Part shown: piece after piece, positions 8,208 to 18,038 of the stretch | How positions within the stretch are numbered: position 1 is the stretch's first letter | Layout of the letters: each line of letters begins with the position of its first letter | Origin: an uncultured Chloroflexia bacterium | GTDB lineage: Bacteria > Chloroflexota > Anaerolineae > Anaerolineales > E44-bin32 | DNA length: 64,000 bases | Assembly (NCBI GenBank): GCA_963783335.1 | Contig: CAWAND010000010.1 | Coordinates: 1,125,476 to 1,189,475, forward strand | Direction: 5' to 3' | Translations under genes and position numbers: made by a program | Notes under the pieces: generated by a model | What the model was told of the DNA's origin: nothing | What the model saw: only the letters and a program-made list of their open reading frames with translations | Database searches by the model: none

Positions 8208-9524
8208 ATGGCAACTAAGGTCATCATGCCCCAACTGGGAGAGTCGGTCGTCGAAGGGACTGTGACCCGGTGGCTGAAGCAGCCGGGCGACGACGTCCAG
8301 GAGTTCGAGCCGCTGGTGGAAATCAACACCGACAAGGTGGACACTGAGGTTCCCTCCCCGGCCAGCGGCGTTGTGCTCAAGGTCTACGTGGAAGAAGGCG
8401 AAACGGTCGAGGCCGGCCGCCTTCTGGCCGTCATCGGCAAAGCCGGTGAGGCGGCGCCCGAAGCGCCGGATGGCGCCCCCCAGAAGGTGAAGGCCGGTTC
8501 AACGCAGCCCGCCAAGGCCAAACCGGCGCAATCCCAGCCTGTCCCATCCGGTTCGACCCAACCCGGCCGATCCAAAGATCTGGGTTTCATCTCGCCCGTC
8601 GTGGCGCGCATGGCCTCCGAACACCAACTCGATCTGAGCCTGATTGAGGGCACGGGCCGCGGTGGCCGGATCACCAAGAAGGATGTTCAGGCATACATTG
8701 AGAAGGGCGGGGAAGCCACACCACCCGCTGCCCCCTGGGAGGAGCCGGCCTCCGGCGAGCTCTTTAGGCCGTCGGAGGAGGTTTTTGGACCGGCCTCGGG
8801 CTGGAGAGGCGAGGGCAAAGCTGGCGAAATCGAGCCGCTCGGCCCGGTGCGCAAGGCGATCGCCGATCACATGCTGCGGTCGAAGCAAACCAGCCCGCAT
8901 GTCACCACCGTCATGGAAGCCGACCTCAGCCGAGTGGTGGCCCACCGCCAGGCGCACAAGGGCGAATTCGAACGCGACGGGGTGCGCTTGACCTTCTCAG
9001 CCTATTTTGCGGCCGCGGCCGTCCAGGCCCTGAAGGCCGTGCCCATTGCCAACGCCTCGCTCACCGAAGGTGGTATCCAATACCATGGCCAGGTCAATCT
9101 GGGCATGGCGGTGTCGCTCGGCGAGGACGGATTGATCGTTCCGGTTATCAAGAACGCCGACCAGCTTTCGCTGCGCGGCCTGGCGTCGGCGCTCGAGGAT
9201 CTCGCCGGCCGCGCACGGACGCGCCAGCTTCAGCCCGAAGAGGTCCAGAGCGGCACATTCACCATTACCAACCACGGTGTCACCGGCTCGCTGTTCGCCA
9301 CGCCAATCATCAACCAACCCCAATCCGGGATCTTGGGCGTGGGCGCCATTCAGAAGCGGGTCGTTGTGGTCGAAAGCCAAACGCTGGGAGGCGATCGAAC
9401 CGATGGAATCGCCATCCGCCCCATGGTCTACCTGACCTTGACCTTTGACCATCGGATCATGGATGGCGCCATCGGAGACGCCTTCCTGGGGCACGTGGTG
9501 AAGACCCTGGAAACCTGGGGCTGA
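8208..9524 (+). CDS. dihydrolipoamide acyltransferase (E2)
   Basis: Lipoyl domain (EINTDKVDTEVPSP), Ala/Pro linker, E3/E1-binding domain (ISPVVARMASEHQLDL), and catalytic DHRIMDG motif. Confidence 0.9.
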   Translation: MATKVIMPQLGESVVEGTVTRWLKQPGDDVQEFEPLVEINTDKVDTEVPSPASGVVLKVYVEEGETVEAGRLLAVIGKAGEAAPEAPDGAPQKVKAGSTQPAKAKPAQSQPVPSGSTQPGRSKDLGFISPVVARMASEHQLDLSLIEGTGRGGRITKKDVQAYIEKGGEATPPAAPWEEPASGELFRPSEEVFGPASGWRGEGKAGEIEPLGPVRKAIADHMLRSKQTSPHVTTVMEADLSRVVAHRQAHKGEFERDGVRLTFSAYFAAAAVQALKAVPIANASLTEGGIQYHGQVNLGMAVSLGEDGLIVPVIKNADQLSLRGLASALEDLAGRARTRQLQPEEVQSGTFTITNHGVTGSLFATPIINQPQSGILGVGAIQKRVVVVESQTLGGDRTDGIAIRPMVYLTLTFDHRIMDGAIGDAFLGHVVKTLETWG

Positions 9525-9619
9525 GGCTCGAAGCTCGGCCCTCACTCGCTATCAAACTATCCGCTAATCGCAGGGCGGTCCCATGGCTGCCCTGAGGATC
9601 AATCAGGAGGAACCCCTGC

Positions 9620-11017
9620 ATGGCAGATTATGATGTGATCATTGTCGGGGCCGGGCCAGGCGGCTACGTATGCGCCATTCGCGCCGCCCAGCTCGGTTTG
9701 AAGACGGCCATCGTTGACAAGCAGTGGCTCGGCGGAGTCTGCCTCAACGTTGGCTGTATCCCCTCCAAGTCTCTGCTGGACAGCGCGCATGTGGCACACA
9801 CCCTGCGCGAACGGGGCGAAGAGTACGGCTTCGAGTTGGAAGGGCTGAAGCTGGATTACAGCGTGGCCTTCAAGCGAAGCCGGGCCGCCTCCGACCGGCT
9901 GACCAAGGGCGTCGGATTTCTGATGAAGAAGAACAACGTCGACGTCCATATGGCTGCCGCAGAATTCAAGGACGCCAAGACGCTCACGCTTGTCGACGGT
10001 GAAGGGAAGACCAGCACGCTGACCGGGGACAACATCGTTGTTGCCACCGGGGCCAGAGCGGCCATGATCCCGGGCGTGGAGGCAGACGGCGAACGGGTGG
10101 TCACCTATCTGGAAGCGATTATGGCCGACAGCCTGCCCAAGTCGGTGGTGATCGTCGGCGCCGGTCCGATCGGTCTGGAATTCGCCACCATCTGGCATTC
10201 GTATGGCGTGGAGGTCACGCTGGTGGAAATGCTCGATCGACTTGCGCCGCGCGAGGATCCGGAGGTCGGCAAGGAAATGGCGCGGGCATTCCGCAAGCGA
10301 GGCATCAAGTTCCACGTCGGGACCAAAGTGGCCGGGATCGAGGTGCTCAAGACCAAAGTCAAGGTGAACGTCTCCGCTGAAGACGGCGAGCAAACGCTGG
10401 AGGCAGATCAGGCATTGATCGCCATCGGTTGGACGCCCAACACCGGGGGATTGGGGCTGGACAAAGCCGGAATCAAGACCACCGACCGAGGTTGGGTGGA
10501 CATCGACGACCGCATGGCGACCAACGTTGAAGGCGTATGGGCGATTGGCGATGTGACCGGCAAACTGCCCCTGGCGCATGTCGCCTCGGCCATGGGGATC
10601 GTCTGCGCCGAGCGGATCGCCGGCGTTGAGTCCGTTGAACTGGACTACGAAATGATGCCGCGCGGCACGTTTTCCCAACCCCAGATCGCGTCGTTCGGGC
10701 TGACGGAAGAACAGGCCAAGGAACGCGGATACGAAGTCAAGATAGGGCGATTCCCATTCCAACCCAACGGTCGCGCGCTGGCCATGGGGGAAAATGTGGG
10801 CTGGGTCAAGATGGTGGTGGACGCCAAGTACGGCGAGATCCTGGGGGCGCACTTGGTGGGGCCCGAAGTCACCGAGCTCTTGCCCGAGCTGACCATCGCC
10901 CACATGATGGAGCTGACCCCAGCCGAGATCGCGCGCAACGTGCACATCCATCCCACCTTGAGCGAGGCGCTTATGGAAGCGGCGCACGTGGCCGAGGGCA
11001 CGCCCATCCACATTTAG
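9620..11017 (+). CDS. lpdA: dihydrolipoyl dehydrogenase (E3)
   Basis: FAD motif GAGPGGY, redox-active disulfide CLNVGCIPSK, and C-terminal HIHPTLSE. Confidence 0.92.
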   Translation: MADYDVIIVGAGPGGYVCAIRAAQLGLKTAIVDKQWLGGVCLNVGCIPSKSLLDSAHVAHTLRERGEEYGFELEGLKLDYSVAFKRSRAASDRLTKGVGFLMKKNNVDVHMAAAEFKDAKTLTLVDGEGKTSTLTGDNIVVATGARAAMIPGVEADGERVVTYLEAIMADSLPKSVVIVGAGPIGLEFATIWHSYGVEVTLVEMLDRLAPREDPEVGKEMARAFRKRGIKFHVGTKVAGIEVLKTKVKVNVSAEDGEQTLEADQALIAIGWTPNTGGLGLDKAGIKTTDRGWVDIDDRMATNVEGVWAIGDVTGKLPLAHVASAMGIVCAERIAGVESVELDYEMMPRGTFSQPQIASFGLTEEQAKERGYEVKIGRFPFQPNGRALAMGENVGWVKMVVDAKYGEILGAHLVGPEVTELLPELTIAHMMELTPAEIARNVHIHPTLSEALMEAAHVAEGTPIHI

Positions 11018-11043
11018 ATCCGCCGTCCCATATTCGGGAAGTT

Positions 11044-11059
11044 TGTGAGAACTTTCACA
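11044..11059. promoter_or_regulatory. TGTGA-N6-TCACA palindrome, copy 2
   Basis: tTTGTGAgaactTTCACAa. Lies 26 nt after the lpdA stop and 25 nt before the citrate synthase ATG. A TAGGAT box at 11069-11074 lies between site and ATG. Confidence 0.5.
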
Positions 11060-11084
11060 AAGAAAGGTTAGGATCCCCAGGCTT

Positions 11085-12257
11085 ATGACCGACATCGCAC
11101 GCGGTCTCCAAGGCGTCATTCTGACGGAGACCCATCTCAGCCAGGTCGACGGGCAGGCGGGTAAGTTGACGATCGCCGGGTATCCGGTTCAGCAGCTGGC
11201 GCCGAATGCCAGCTACGAAGAGGTGGTGCATTTGTTGTGGCACGACCGCCTCCCGAACGAGGAGGAGCTGCTCGCCCTGACGTCGGGCATGGCCGCCGAG
11301 CGCCAACTGCCCGAAGCCACCCTGGATGTGCTGGCGGCGGCTGCCAAACAGGGATTGCCTCCAATGGACGGTCTACGCCTCGGGCTCGACACGCTCAGCC
11401 TGGTGGACGAAAACCTATCCGACACTTCGCAGCCGGCCAACTTGCGGCGAGCGATCTCGCTGGTGGCCCACGCGCCGACAATTGTGGCAGCGATGTGGCG
11501 GTTCCTGCATGGAAAGAAGCCAGTTGCACCCCGCCAGGATTTGGGCCTGGCGGCCAATTTTCTTTACATGATGTTCGACAAGGATCCTCATCCCGCCGCC
11601 GTGCGAGGCTTGGAAACATATCTCAACACGGTCGTTGACCACGGCATGAACGCCTCCACGTTCACGGCACGCGTGATCGTCAGCACCCGTTCGGATATGA
11701 TCTCGGCCGTGGTTGGTGCCGTGGGAGCGCTCAAGGGCCCCCTGCACGGTGGGGCACCCGGCCCGGCGCTGGACACCGTCTTTGCCTTGAGGGAAAAGGC
11801 GAAAACGTCCGGCCAACCTATCGGGGAAGTAGCCCACGATTGGGCCAGGGAAACGGTGGAGGCCGGCGAGCGCATCATGGGCTTTGGTCACCGCGTGTAC
11901 AAGGTGCGCGACCCGCGGGCTGACGTCTTGGGGGCAGCGGCTGAGAAGCTGTTCGAACGCACCGGGGACAACCAGTTGTACGAGGACGCGCGGGCCTGTG
12001 AGGCTGCCTTTATCGATGTCCTGGATGAGCTCAAGCCGGGCCGAAATCTGCGGACGAACGTCGAGTTCTACACGGCCTTGGTGCTGCACGGTGTTGGGCT
12101 CGAGCCGCCGATTTTTTCCTCGGTCTTCGCCATGGGCCGGATGGGGGGCTGGTCGGCCAATGTCCTCGAGCAGATCGAAGACGACATCTTGATACGGCCG
12201 CGGGCCACCTATGTTGGGGCCACGGGAAGGACGTGGGTGCCCTTGGCACAGCGATAG
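11085..12257 (+). CDS. citrate synthase
   Basis: GFGHRVYKVRDPRA signature. Length of 390 aa is typical of the small dimeric type. Confidence 0.88.
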   Translation: MTDIARGLQGVILTETHLSQVDGQAGKLTIAGYPVQQLAPNASYEEVVHLLWHDRLPNEEELLALTSGMAAERQLPEATLDVLAAAAKQGLPPMDGLRLGLDTLSLVDENLSDTSQPANLRRAISLVAHAPTIVAAMWRFLHGKKPVAPRQDLGLAANFLYMMFDKDPHPAAVRGLETYLNTVVDHGMNASTFTARVIVSTRSDMISAVVGAVGALKGPLHGGAPGPALDTVFALREKAKTSGQPIGEVAHDWARETVEAGERIMGFGHRVYKVRDPRADVLGAAAEKLFERTGDNQLYEDARACEAAFIDVLDELKPGRNLRTNVEFYTALVLHGVGLEPPIFSSVFAMGRMGGWSANVLEQIEDDILIRPRATYVGATGRTWVPLAQR

Positions 12258-12286
12258 GGAGGGTTGTTGGCCCCAGGCGAAATCCG

Positions 12287-12313
12287 ACCGGCGCCCCATG
12301 GCGCCGGTTTTGT
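12287..12313 (+). terminator. rho-independent terminator after citrate synthase
   Basis: ACCGGCGCC-ccat-GGCGCCGGT followed by TTTTG. Confidence 0.75.
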
Positions 12314-12332
12314 ATGCAGGGGAAGCTTGGTC

Positions 12333-13067
12333 TCAGACCTTCTCTACCACCCAGAAGTGGGATAGCCCTAGGCCGCGAAGCGGCGTGTGTTCCAAACCTT
12401 GCAGCAGGGTACGCAGCAAGCGTCCCGCGAGGGGCCAGCGGGCGATGATGTTGTCATAGGCGCCGAAGATGGTCGTGGTGCTTATCGGCCTGCACGGAAA
12501 CCCATCGAACAAGGTCTGCAAATCGGCGGCGCTGTAGGCGCGCACATGGGGCGCCAGCTTGTCCCGAAGGCGTCGAGGAAGGTAGTTCACCAGGGGTATG
12601 TTGCCGAAATGATAGCGGCCGCCCCAAAAGATGCCGTGCGTCTCAAAAGGGTAGCCGCGGTTGGGGACGAAGACCACCAAGCGGCCGCCTTTGTGCAGAG
12701 CGCGAAGCATCGCTTGAACGGATTGACGGTCATCGTCGACGTGCTCGAGCACTTCGTGAGACAGGATTAAGTCGAAGCTGTTGGACGGGAACGGGAGGTG
12801 TTCTGAGGCGGCGCACACCACGGCGTGGTGGTTGAGGTGAGCCATCCGGGCGCGGTCGGGATCGTACTCCAGCCCAAACGCCTGCGAGGCGTGGATTTCC
12901 ATGTGTTCCAGATAGGCGCCGATGCCGCAGCCGCAGTCCAGCACGCGGCCGTGCTCGCGCCCATCAGCAGCCGCCAAAATCATCTCCCAACGGCGAACCT
13001 GTCCGGCGCGCCAGACGTACGAAGGCTCGCCTCGGAGGGCCGCACGCGGTAGGTCAGGCGAATCCAT
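12333..13067 (-). CDS. class I SAM-dependent methyltransferase
   Basis: SAM motif I LDCGCGIG. Start chosen at ATG 13067, which forms an ATGA overlap with the Nudix stop. Confidence 0.75.
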   Translation of the reverse strand: MDSPDLPRAALRGEPSYVWRAGQVRRWEMILAAADGREHGRVLDCGCGIGAYLEHMEIHASQAFGLEYDPDRARMAHLNHHAVVCAASEHLPFPSNSFDLILSHEVLEHVDDDRQSVQAMLRALHKGGRLVVFVPNRGYPFETHGIFWGGRYHFGNIPLVNYLPRRLRDKLAPHVRAYSAADLQTLFDGFPCRPISTTTIFGAYDNIIARWPLAGRLLRTLLQGLEHTPLRGLGLSHFWVVEKV

Positions 13068-13630
13068 CAGTCCGTGTTGAACCTCGGAGCGCTGTTCAGG
13101 TGGGCGAAAGCCAGGCCCAGGGCGGCCGCCGATGACATTTGGGACAGTTCGCCACCGGCCCAAAGTGCGTGGGCCTCGGCCTCAGTGAGCCAAACGAGCT
13201 CTTGCTCCTCGAGATCGCCTGAGTCCGGCGTCGCCACCTGGCGGCAGCCGGTCGCCAAAAAGATGTGAGCCCAACCGCCGCGCATGTTTCCGCCGATAAC
13301 ATACCTGCCCAGGCCACGCCAGGAGTCAGCCTGGCATCCCATCTCCTCCATCAGCTCCCGCTTGGCGCTCTCCAGGGGATCTTCGCCTGGCTCGATCATG
13401 CCCGCCGGAGGCTGCAAATCGATGTCGTCCACGCCCCGCTTGTAGGAGCGGATGAATCCGAACCGTCCGACCTCGTCCACTGGAACCACCATGATGTAGT
13501 CCGGCGTGTCCAGGCGCAGGTAGGCTTCAACCACCCGGCCGTCGGGCAGTTGGACGTCTTCGGCCAAGACACGAAGCCAGGGTGATCGATCCAGAAGCAA
13601 GCGCGAATTGAGAGTCTGCCAGGGCTGCAA
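13067..13630 (-). CDS. NUDIX hydrolase
   Basis: Nudix box GMIEPGEDPLESAKRELMEEMG. TTG start preceded by GGAGG. Confidence 0.85.
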   Translation of the reverse strand: MQPWQTLNSRLLLDRSPWLRVLAEDVQLPDGRVVEAYLRLDTPDYIMVVPVDEVGRFGFIRSYKRGVDDIDLQPPAGMIEPGEDPLESAKRELMEEMGCQADSWRGLGRYVIGGNMRGGWAHIFLATGCRQVATPDSGDLEEQELVWLTEAEAHALWAGGELSQMSSAAALGLAFAHLNSAPRFNTD

Positions 13631-13669
13631 GGGTGCGCCTCCGGTTGTGGGCGGATGGTTAGGGGACCT

Positions 13670-13678
13670 AGTCTACCA
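13670..13678 (-). promoter_or_regulatory. extended -10 box TGGTAGACT
   Basis: Reverse complement of agtctacca. Lies about 40 nt upstream of the Nudix TTG start. Confidence 0.4.
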
Positions 13679-13698
13679 TCGGAGGCTGGACGTGCGCG

Positions 13699-14403
13699 TC
13701 AGCCCGCTCGGGCAGAGTAGATGGCAATCGTGCCAAACATCCGCCGGACGTAGGCGCCATGCGAAAACCCGGCCGCAGCCAGGCGTCCCAGCATCGCCTC
13801 CGGCGCCAGGAAGCCTTCCGTGGAGTCGGGGAGATAGGTGTATGCGTCGGCGTCTCCTGCCAGGATGCGGCCGAGGAAGGGGACGACGTGATGCAGATGC
13901 AGTTCGATCAGGGGACGAAGTGGGCCGGCGGGCGGCGGCGAGGTGTCCAGGGCCACCCAGACGGCACCCGATTTGAGAACACGTCGCTGCTCGGACAAGC
14001 TGGCGTCCAGGTCGACGACGTTCCGCAGAAGGAAGCCCGAAACCAGCCCATCGAACGCGGCGCTGGAGAAGGGCAATCGCTGCGCATCGGCCACAATCCA
14101 TTCTGGCTGTCTGGGGCCTTGGCGCTCGCGGCCGACAGCGATCATCTCGGGCGTGAAGTCAGCCGCCACGCAAACGGAGTCCGGCGCCTGCCGCTGGATC
14201 TCGAAGGCGAGGTCGCCGGTGCCTGTGCCGAGATCCAGGTAGCTTCCCCCCTCTTTGGGTGCCAGCCGCCTCACGACATCGCGCCGCCAGCGCACATCCT
14301 GGCCGCCAGTCATCACCCGGTTGAGCAGGTCGTAGCGACCGGCGATACGGCCGAACATGCGGCGGACATAGGCGGACCGCTGCCTTCCCTGGAGGTGTGT
14401 CAC
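13699..14403 (-). CDS. ubiE: demethylmenaquinone/ubiquinone methyltransferase (UbiE/MenG family)
   Basis: YVRRMFGRIAGRYDLLN and LDLGTGTGD motifs. The 451-aa ORF is trimmed because its N-terminus overlaps the ABC permease. Start is GTG 14403 or ATG 14358, uncertain. Confidence 0.8.
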   Translation of the reverse strand: MTHLQGRQRSAYVRRMFGRIAGRYDLLNRVMTGGQDVRWRRDVVRRLAPKEGGSYLDLGTGTGDLAFEIQRQAPDSVCVAADFTPEMIAVGRERQGPRQPEWIVADAQRLPFSSAAFDGLVSGFLLRNVVDLDASLSEQRRVLKSGAVWVALDTSPPPAGPLRPLIELHLHHVVPFLGRILAGDADAYTYLPDSTEGFLAPEAMLGRLAAAGFSHGAYVRRMFGTIAIYSARAG

Positions 14404-14477
14404 CGCGGCCGGCTCAACCCACGGCAGGCGCGCGGGCGGTGTTGGCTGAATGGGGTGAGGTATTGGAGCAACATAGG

Positions 14478-15218
14478 TCAGCCCGCAAACTGCCAGGGGC
14501 AAAGGCGCTGGTGCAGCCAGTCGACAGCGAAATACAGGCCCAGGCCCAACAGGCTCATGGCGAGCACGCCGGCATACATCTTGGGGTAGTTGAGCATGGT
14601 GCTGCCGTTGAGATAGATGTAGTAGCCGAGGCCGCGCTGGGTAGCGAACAACTCGGCGATGTAGAGCACGGCCACGGCCGTGCCAACGGATTGGCGCAGC
14701 GCCGTCAAAATGGCCGGCAAACTGGCCGGCAGGTAGACGAAGCGGAACAGGGCACGACGGCCGGCTCCGAGGCTGGACACCGAGTGAAGCAGCTCCGGTC
14801 GAATGCCAGCCGCCTGATCCCGCACCAGGACCAGGATCTGGAAGAACAGGATCATGAAAATGATCACAATCTTTGGTAAATCCCCAACCCCAAGGAAGAG
14901 CAAAACCACAGGCACCAGAACGACCTTTGGGATAGGGAAGAGGATGTAGATCAAGGGCGCAAACAGGCGGTCCAGGCGCTTGGATTGGCCCAGGACCAGG
15001 CCGGCCGGCACGGCCAGCAGGACCGAGAGGGCCATGGATGCCACAACTCGCCACAGGCTGGCCAGGAAATCAACCCCCAGCGAGCGCGGCAGCTCGGTGG
15101 CGAAGGTCGCCAGGACGATCCACGGCGGGGGGAGGATCGGCCGATGAACCAACCAGGCCAGCCCCTGCCAAATGACCAGCAGAGCCAAGGCTGCCAGGCC
15201 CAGCTTGCCGCGCGTCAT
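14478..15218 (-). CDS. ABC transporter permease (NitT/TauT-like)
   Basis: About 6 TM helices with a typical binding-protein-dependent permease layout. 4-nt overlap with the ATPase gene. Confidence 0.8.
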   Translation of the reverse strand: MTRGKLGLAALALLVIWQGLAWLVHRPILPPPWIVLATFATELPRSLGVDFLASLWRVVASMALSVLLAVPAGLVLGQSKRLDRLFAPLIYILFPIPKVVLVPVVLLFLGVGDLPKIVIIFMILFFQILVLVRDQAAGIRPELLHSVSSLGAGRRALFRFVYLPASLPAILTALRQSVGTAVAVLYIAELFATQRGLGYYIYLNGSTMLNYPKMYAGVLAMSLLGLGLYFAVDWLHQRLCPWQFAG

Positions 15219-15988
15219 GCTGAGATCTCCAAAGCTTGGCGCAGCGAATGCACCATGTCTGAATAGGCCTTCCGGCTGCGGAACTCAGGCGTGGCCGCCC
15301 CGGGATTCTCGAAGATCCTGGGGCGCGAATTGGGAAGGTCTCCCAGCACAAGCACATGCGAGCCCATCAACGCCGCCTCCTCGATGGCGTGGGTCACCAT
15401 GACCGTCGTCAGGCCGCGCTCGTGGCGAAGCTCCAGGGTAAGGTTCTGAAGGCTCTCGCGTGTGGGGGCATCGAGTGAGGCGAAGGGCTCATCCATGAGG
15501 AGCAGGTCGGGATGCAGGGCCAGCGTGCGGGCAATGGCGGTGCGCTGGCGCTGGCCGCCAGAAATCTGGCCCGGAAAGCTGTCCGCCACGGAGTCCAACC
15601 CGAGCCGATCGAGCCAAGGGTCAACCCGCCGCTGCACGCGCACCACGATCTCGTCACGCGGGGCGTGGGTGCCATCGGGACCATAAAAGCCGCGGATACG
15701 AAGCCCCAAGGCGATGTTTTCGCGCACGCTGGCCCAAGGCAGCAGGCCGTAGTCCTGAAGAATCAGGCCCGTTTTGGGGCGCGGGCGAGCCAGCAACTCT
15801 CCGGCGACCTGGATTTGGCCCTCATTCGGAAATCGAAGTCCTGCCAGAAGGTACAACAGAGTGGACTTGCCGCAGCCGGAAGGGCCGAGCACGCTCCATG
15901 CGTCACCGGGATCGACATGCCATGAGAAGTCCTGGAAGACCGGGCGGCCGTCGACGTAGCGGAACCCGACATTGCGCACATCGATCAT
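15215..15988 (-). CDS. ABC transporter ATP-binding protein (NitT/TauT-like)
   Basis: Walker A GPSGCGKST, signature ISGGQRQR, Walker B LLLMDEP. Confidence 0.9.
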   Translation of the reverse strand: MIDVRNVGFRYVDGRPVFQDFSWHVDPGDAWSVLGPSGCGKSTLLYLLAGLRFPNEGQIQVAGELLARPRPKTGLILQDYGLLPWASVRENIALGLRIRGFYGPDGTHAPRDEIVVRVQRRVDPWLDRLGLDSVADSFPGQISGGQRQRTAIARTLALHPDLLLMDEPFASLDAPTRESLQNLTLELRHERGLTTVMVTHAIEEAALMGSHVLVLGDLPNSRPRIFENPGAATPEFRSRKAYSDMVHSLRQALEISA

Positions 15989-16018
15989 GGGCTGATCCGC
16001 AGCGTCGGGCTCATGACC

Positions 16019-16978
16019 TTATTTCGGCAGGTAGGCGGACGTGACCGAATCCGTATAGCTCACATCGGTTTCGACCAACCCCTTGTCGTGGGTCCACGCC
16101 AGGACGTCCTCGAACTGCGCCTTGGAGGGCACGCTGCCAGCCGGGAAATCCGGAATCTTGTAGCTGCCGATCAGCGGGGCGGGGACCAGGCTCTTTTCGG
16201 TCAGGAGATCGGACCACTTGGACTTGTCGGCATTGACATCGGCGGCCGCCTTCTGGACGGCGGCCAGGAACCCGCGCACGGCCTGCGGATGGTCCTTGAT
16301 AAAGGCAGAGCGGAAGGAAATCACGCTGTTGCCGATCGGCGGGTCCGAACTGTCGTCGACAATGACTTTGGCGCCCTGCTGAATTGCAAGCGAAGCCAGG
16401 GGATCGGGCAGGTTGGCCGCCTTGAGTTCGCCCGAGTTGAGCAGCGCCATACGATCCGGGATCTTGGGCACGGCGAGTGTCTTGATGTCCTCCGGGGCGA
16501 AGCCGGCGTCCTCGAGCAATCGGTCGGTGGTGTATTCGATAACCGTCCCTTCAGAGACCCCGATCTCGACGCCCTTGAGATCCTCGATGGTATTGATGCC
16601 GCTGTCTTTGGCGGCCAATATGCGGTACTGCGGGAATTCCTTCGACGCAGTGCGGGCGAAATCGACGATTTGGATTTGGGTCTGGTCCTTGTTGTAGAGC
16701 ATGGTCGAGACAAGATCGTTGATCATGGCGTCGGCTTGTTCGGACTGCATCAGTTGATCGCGTTCGGCGGCCGACGACACCGGGATGAACTTAACCTGGA
16801 CGCCCTCCTTTTCGAAATAGCCTTCCGCCTCGGCGACGTACATGGGAAGCGCGTCGAGAATTGGGAGGACGGCCACCCGCACGGTCTCCGGCCCGGATGT
16901 GCCTCCGGAGCAGGCTGAGAGCAGCGGGGTGAGCAGGATGGCAGGGAGAACAAAGAAAGACAGAAGACGTTTGACCAC
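16019..16978 (-). CDS. ABC transporter substrate-binding lipoprotein (NMT1/THI5-like)
   Basis: Lipobox LLSACSGG. VRVAVLPILDALPMYVAEAEGYFEKEGV is typical of NMT1/sulfonate-type binding proteins. Confidence 0.8.
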   Translation of the reverse strand: MVKRLLSFFVLPAILLTPLLSACSGGTSGPETVRVAVLPILDALPMYVAEAEGYFEKEGVQVKFIPVSSAAERDQLMQSEQADAMINDLVSTMLYNKDQTQIQIVDFARTASKEFPQYRILAAKDSGINTIEDLKGVEIGVSEGTVIEYTTDRLLEDAGFAPEDIKTLAVPKIPDRMALLNSGELKAANLPDPLASLAIQQGAKVIVDDSSDPPIGNSVISFRSAFIKDHPQAVRGFLAAVQKAAADVNADKSKWSDLLTEKSLVPAPLIGSYKIPDFPAGSVPSKAQFEDVLAWTHDKGLVETDVSYTDSVTSAYLPK

Positions 16979-16990
16979 AGAGCAGCTCCT

Positions 16991-17875
16991 TTATACCAGC
17001 GACACTGGAAGCAGCAGGGCTCCCAGCGTGCCAACAAAGAGCGTGATGCTGATCACGCTGTTAAGGTTGAAAAACGCGAAATTCAGACGGCTCAGATCGG
17101 AGGGTGTGACCAGGACATGTTCGTAGGCCAGCAGAGCGAGTGTGACGATGGTCCCCAGCCAGTAGGGGAGTCCCAGATGAAGGCTCCATCCGAGGCCGAT
17201 CAACAGCAGGCCGGTCACGATGTGGCTTGCGGAGGACAGGCGCAAGGCGGTGGGAATGCCGTAAATGGCTGGGATGGCGTGCAGGCCTTCTTTGCGGTCG
17301 AACTCGACGTCTTGGCAGGCATAAATCATGTCGAAGCCGCCGATCCAGAATGTCACCACCCCCAGCAGCAACCAGGCGGGGAGGTCGGCGGGGGTGAACA
17401 GCGAGCCGCGGACGGCAGCCCATGCACCCATCGGAGCCAGCCCGTCGGTGAAACCCAGAATCAGATGCGAAAGGCTTGTAAAGCGCTTGGCGAAGGGGTA
17501 TCCAAGGACAAACAACAACGCCCCAGGCAGCAGACGAAACGGAAGCGGCCCGAGCATGTATGCCGCCAGCGCCAGCACGATAGCAGAGAAGGCCATCCCC
17601 AGCCATGCCGTCGAGGCTGCGATCTGGCCAACCACGAGCGGCCGCCTCGCCGTACGTGGATTGCGTGCATCCAGTTCACGGTCGGCCAGACGATTGGCAC
17701 CCATGGCGAGCGTTCGAGCGGCGACCATTGCCAGGGTGATCCAAATGAAATCATGCCAGGAGGGGAGCCCCTCGGCGGCCAGGATCATCCCCAAATAAGC
17801 GAATGGGAGCGCGAAGATAGTATGCTCGAACTTGATGAGTTCGAGAAATGCACGGGTACTTTTCAGGACGCGCAT
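16991..17875 (-). CDS. UbiA-family aromatic prenyltransferase (menaquinone/ubiquinone type)
   Basis: Asp-rich motif NRLADRELDARNPRT, polytopic membrane protein. Start taken at MRVLKSTRAF. Confidence 0.85.
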   Translation of the reverse strand: MRVLKSTRAFLELIKFEHTIFALPFAYLGMILAAEGLPSWHDFIWITLAMVAARTLAMGANRLADRELDARNPRTARRPLVVGQIAASTAWLGMAFSAIVLALAAYMLGPLPFRLLPGALLFVLGYPFAKRFTSLSHLILGFTDGLAPMGAWAAVRGSLFTPADLPAWLLLGVVTFWIGGFDMIYACQDVEFDRKEGLHAIPAIYGIPTALRLSSASHIVTGLLLIGLGWSLHLGLPYWLGTIVTLALLAYEHVLVTPSDLSRLNFAFFNLNSVISITLFVGTLGALLLPVSLV

Positions 17876-17961
17876 GGACAGTCCATGAGGGGTTTGGCAG
17901 GGGTACGGACAACTGCTGAATTCTAACATGTCGGCAGGGCTGCGGAATGGTGAGAATCAAG

Positions 17962-17998
17962 CGGCCGCTGGTTTGGTATGGTTCCAAACCAGCGGCCG
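17962..17998 (-). terminator. hairpin terminator after the Mo-oxidoreductase gene
   Basis: Perfect 15-bp stem CGGCCGCTGGTTTGG/CCAAACCAGCGGCCG with a 7-nt loop. T-rich tract on the minus strand (CTTGATTCTC). Confidence 0.6.
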
Positions 17999-18038
17999 GA
18001 GGCACCCGTCGCCTGCTTGTTGCCAGGCGGCAGAATGG

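Noticed and set aside
6888-8234. 448-aa minus-strand ORF, with 6908-7450 and other overlapping ORFs
   Set aside because: It is antisense to the E1-alpha/E1-beta genes, which have clear TPP and transketolase-like motifs. No motifs of its own.
9599-11119. 506-aa minus-strand ORF
   Set aside because: It is antisense to lpdA, which has unmistakable FAD and disulfide motifs. Composition is low-complexity.
14404-15054. N-terminal 217 residues of the 451-aa ORF containing UbiE
   Set aside because: This Pro/Gly/Arg-rich extension overlaps the ABC permease gene, which is well supported. UbiE homology begins only at ...YVRRMFGRIAGRYDLLN.
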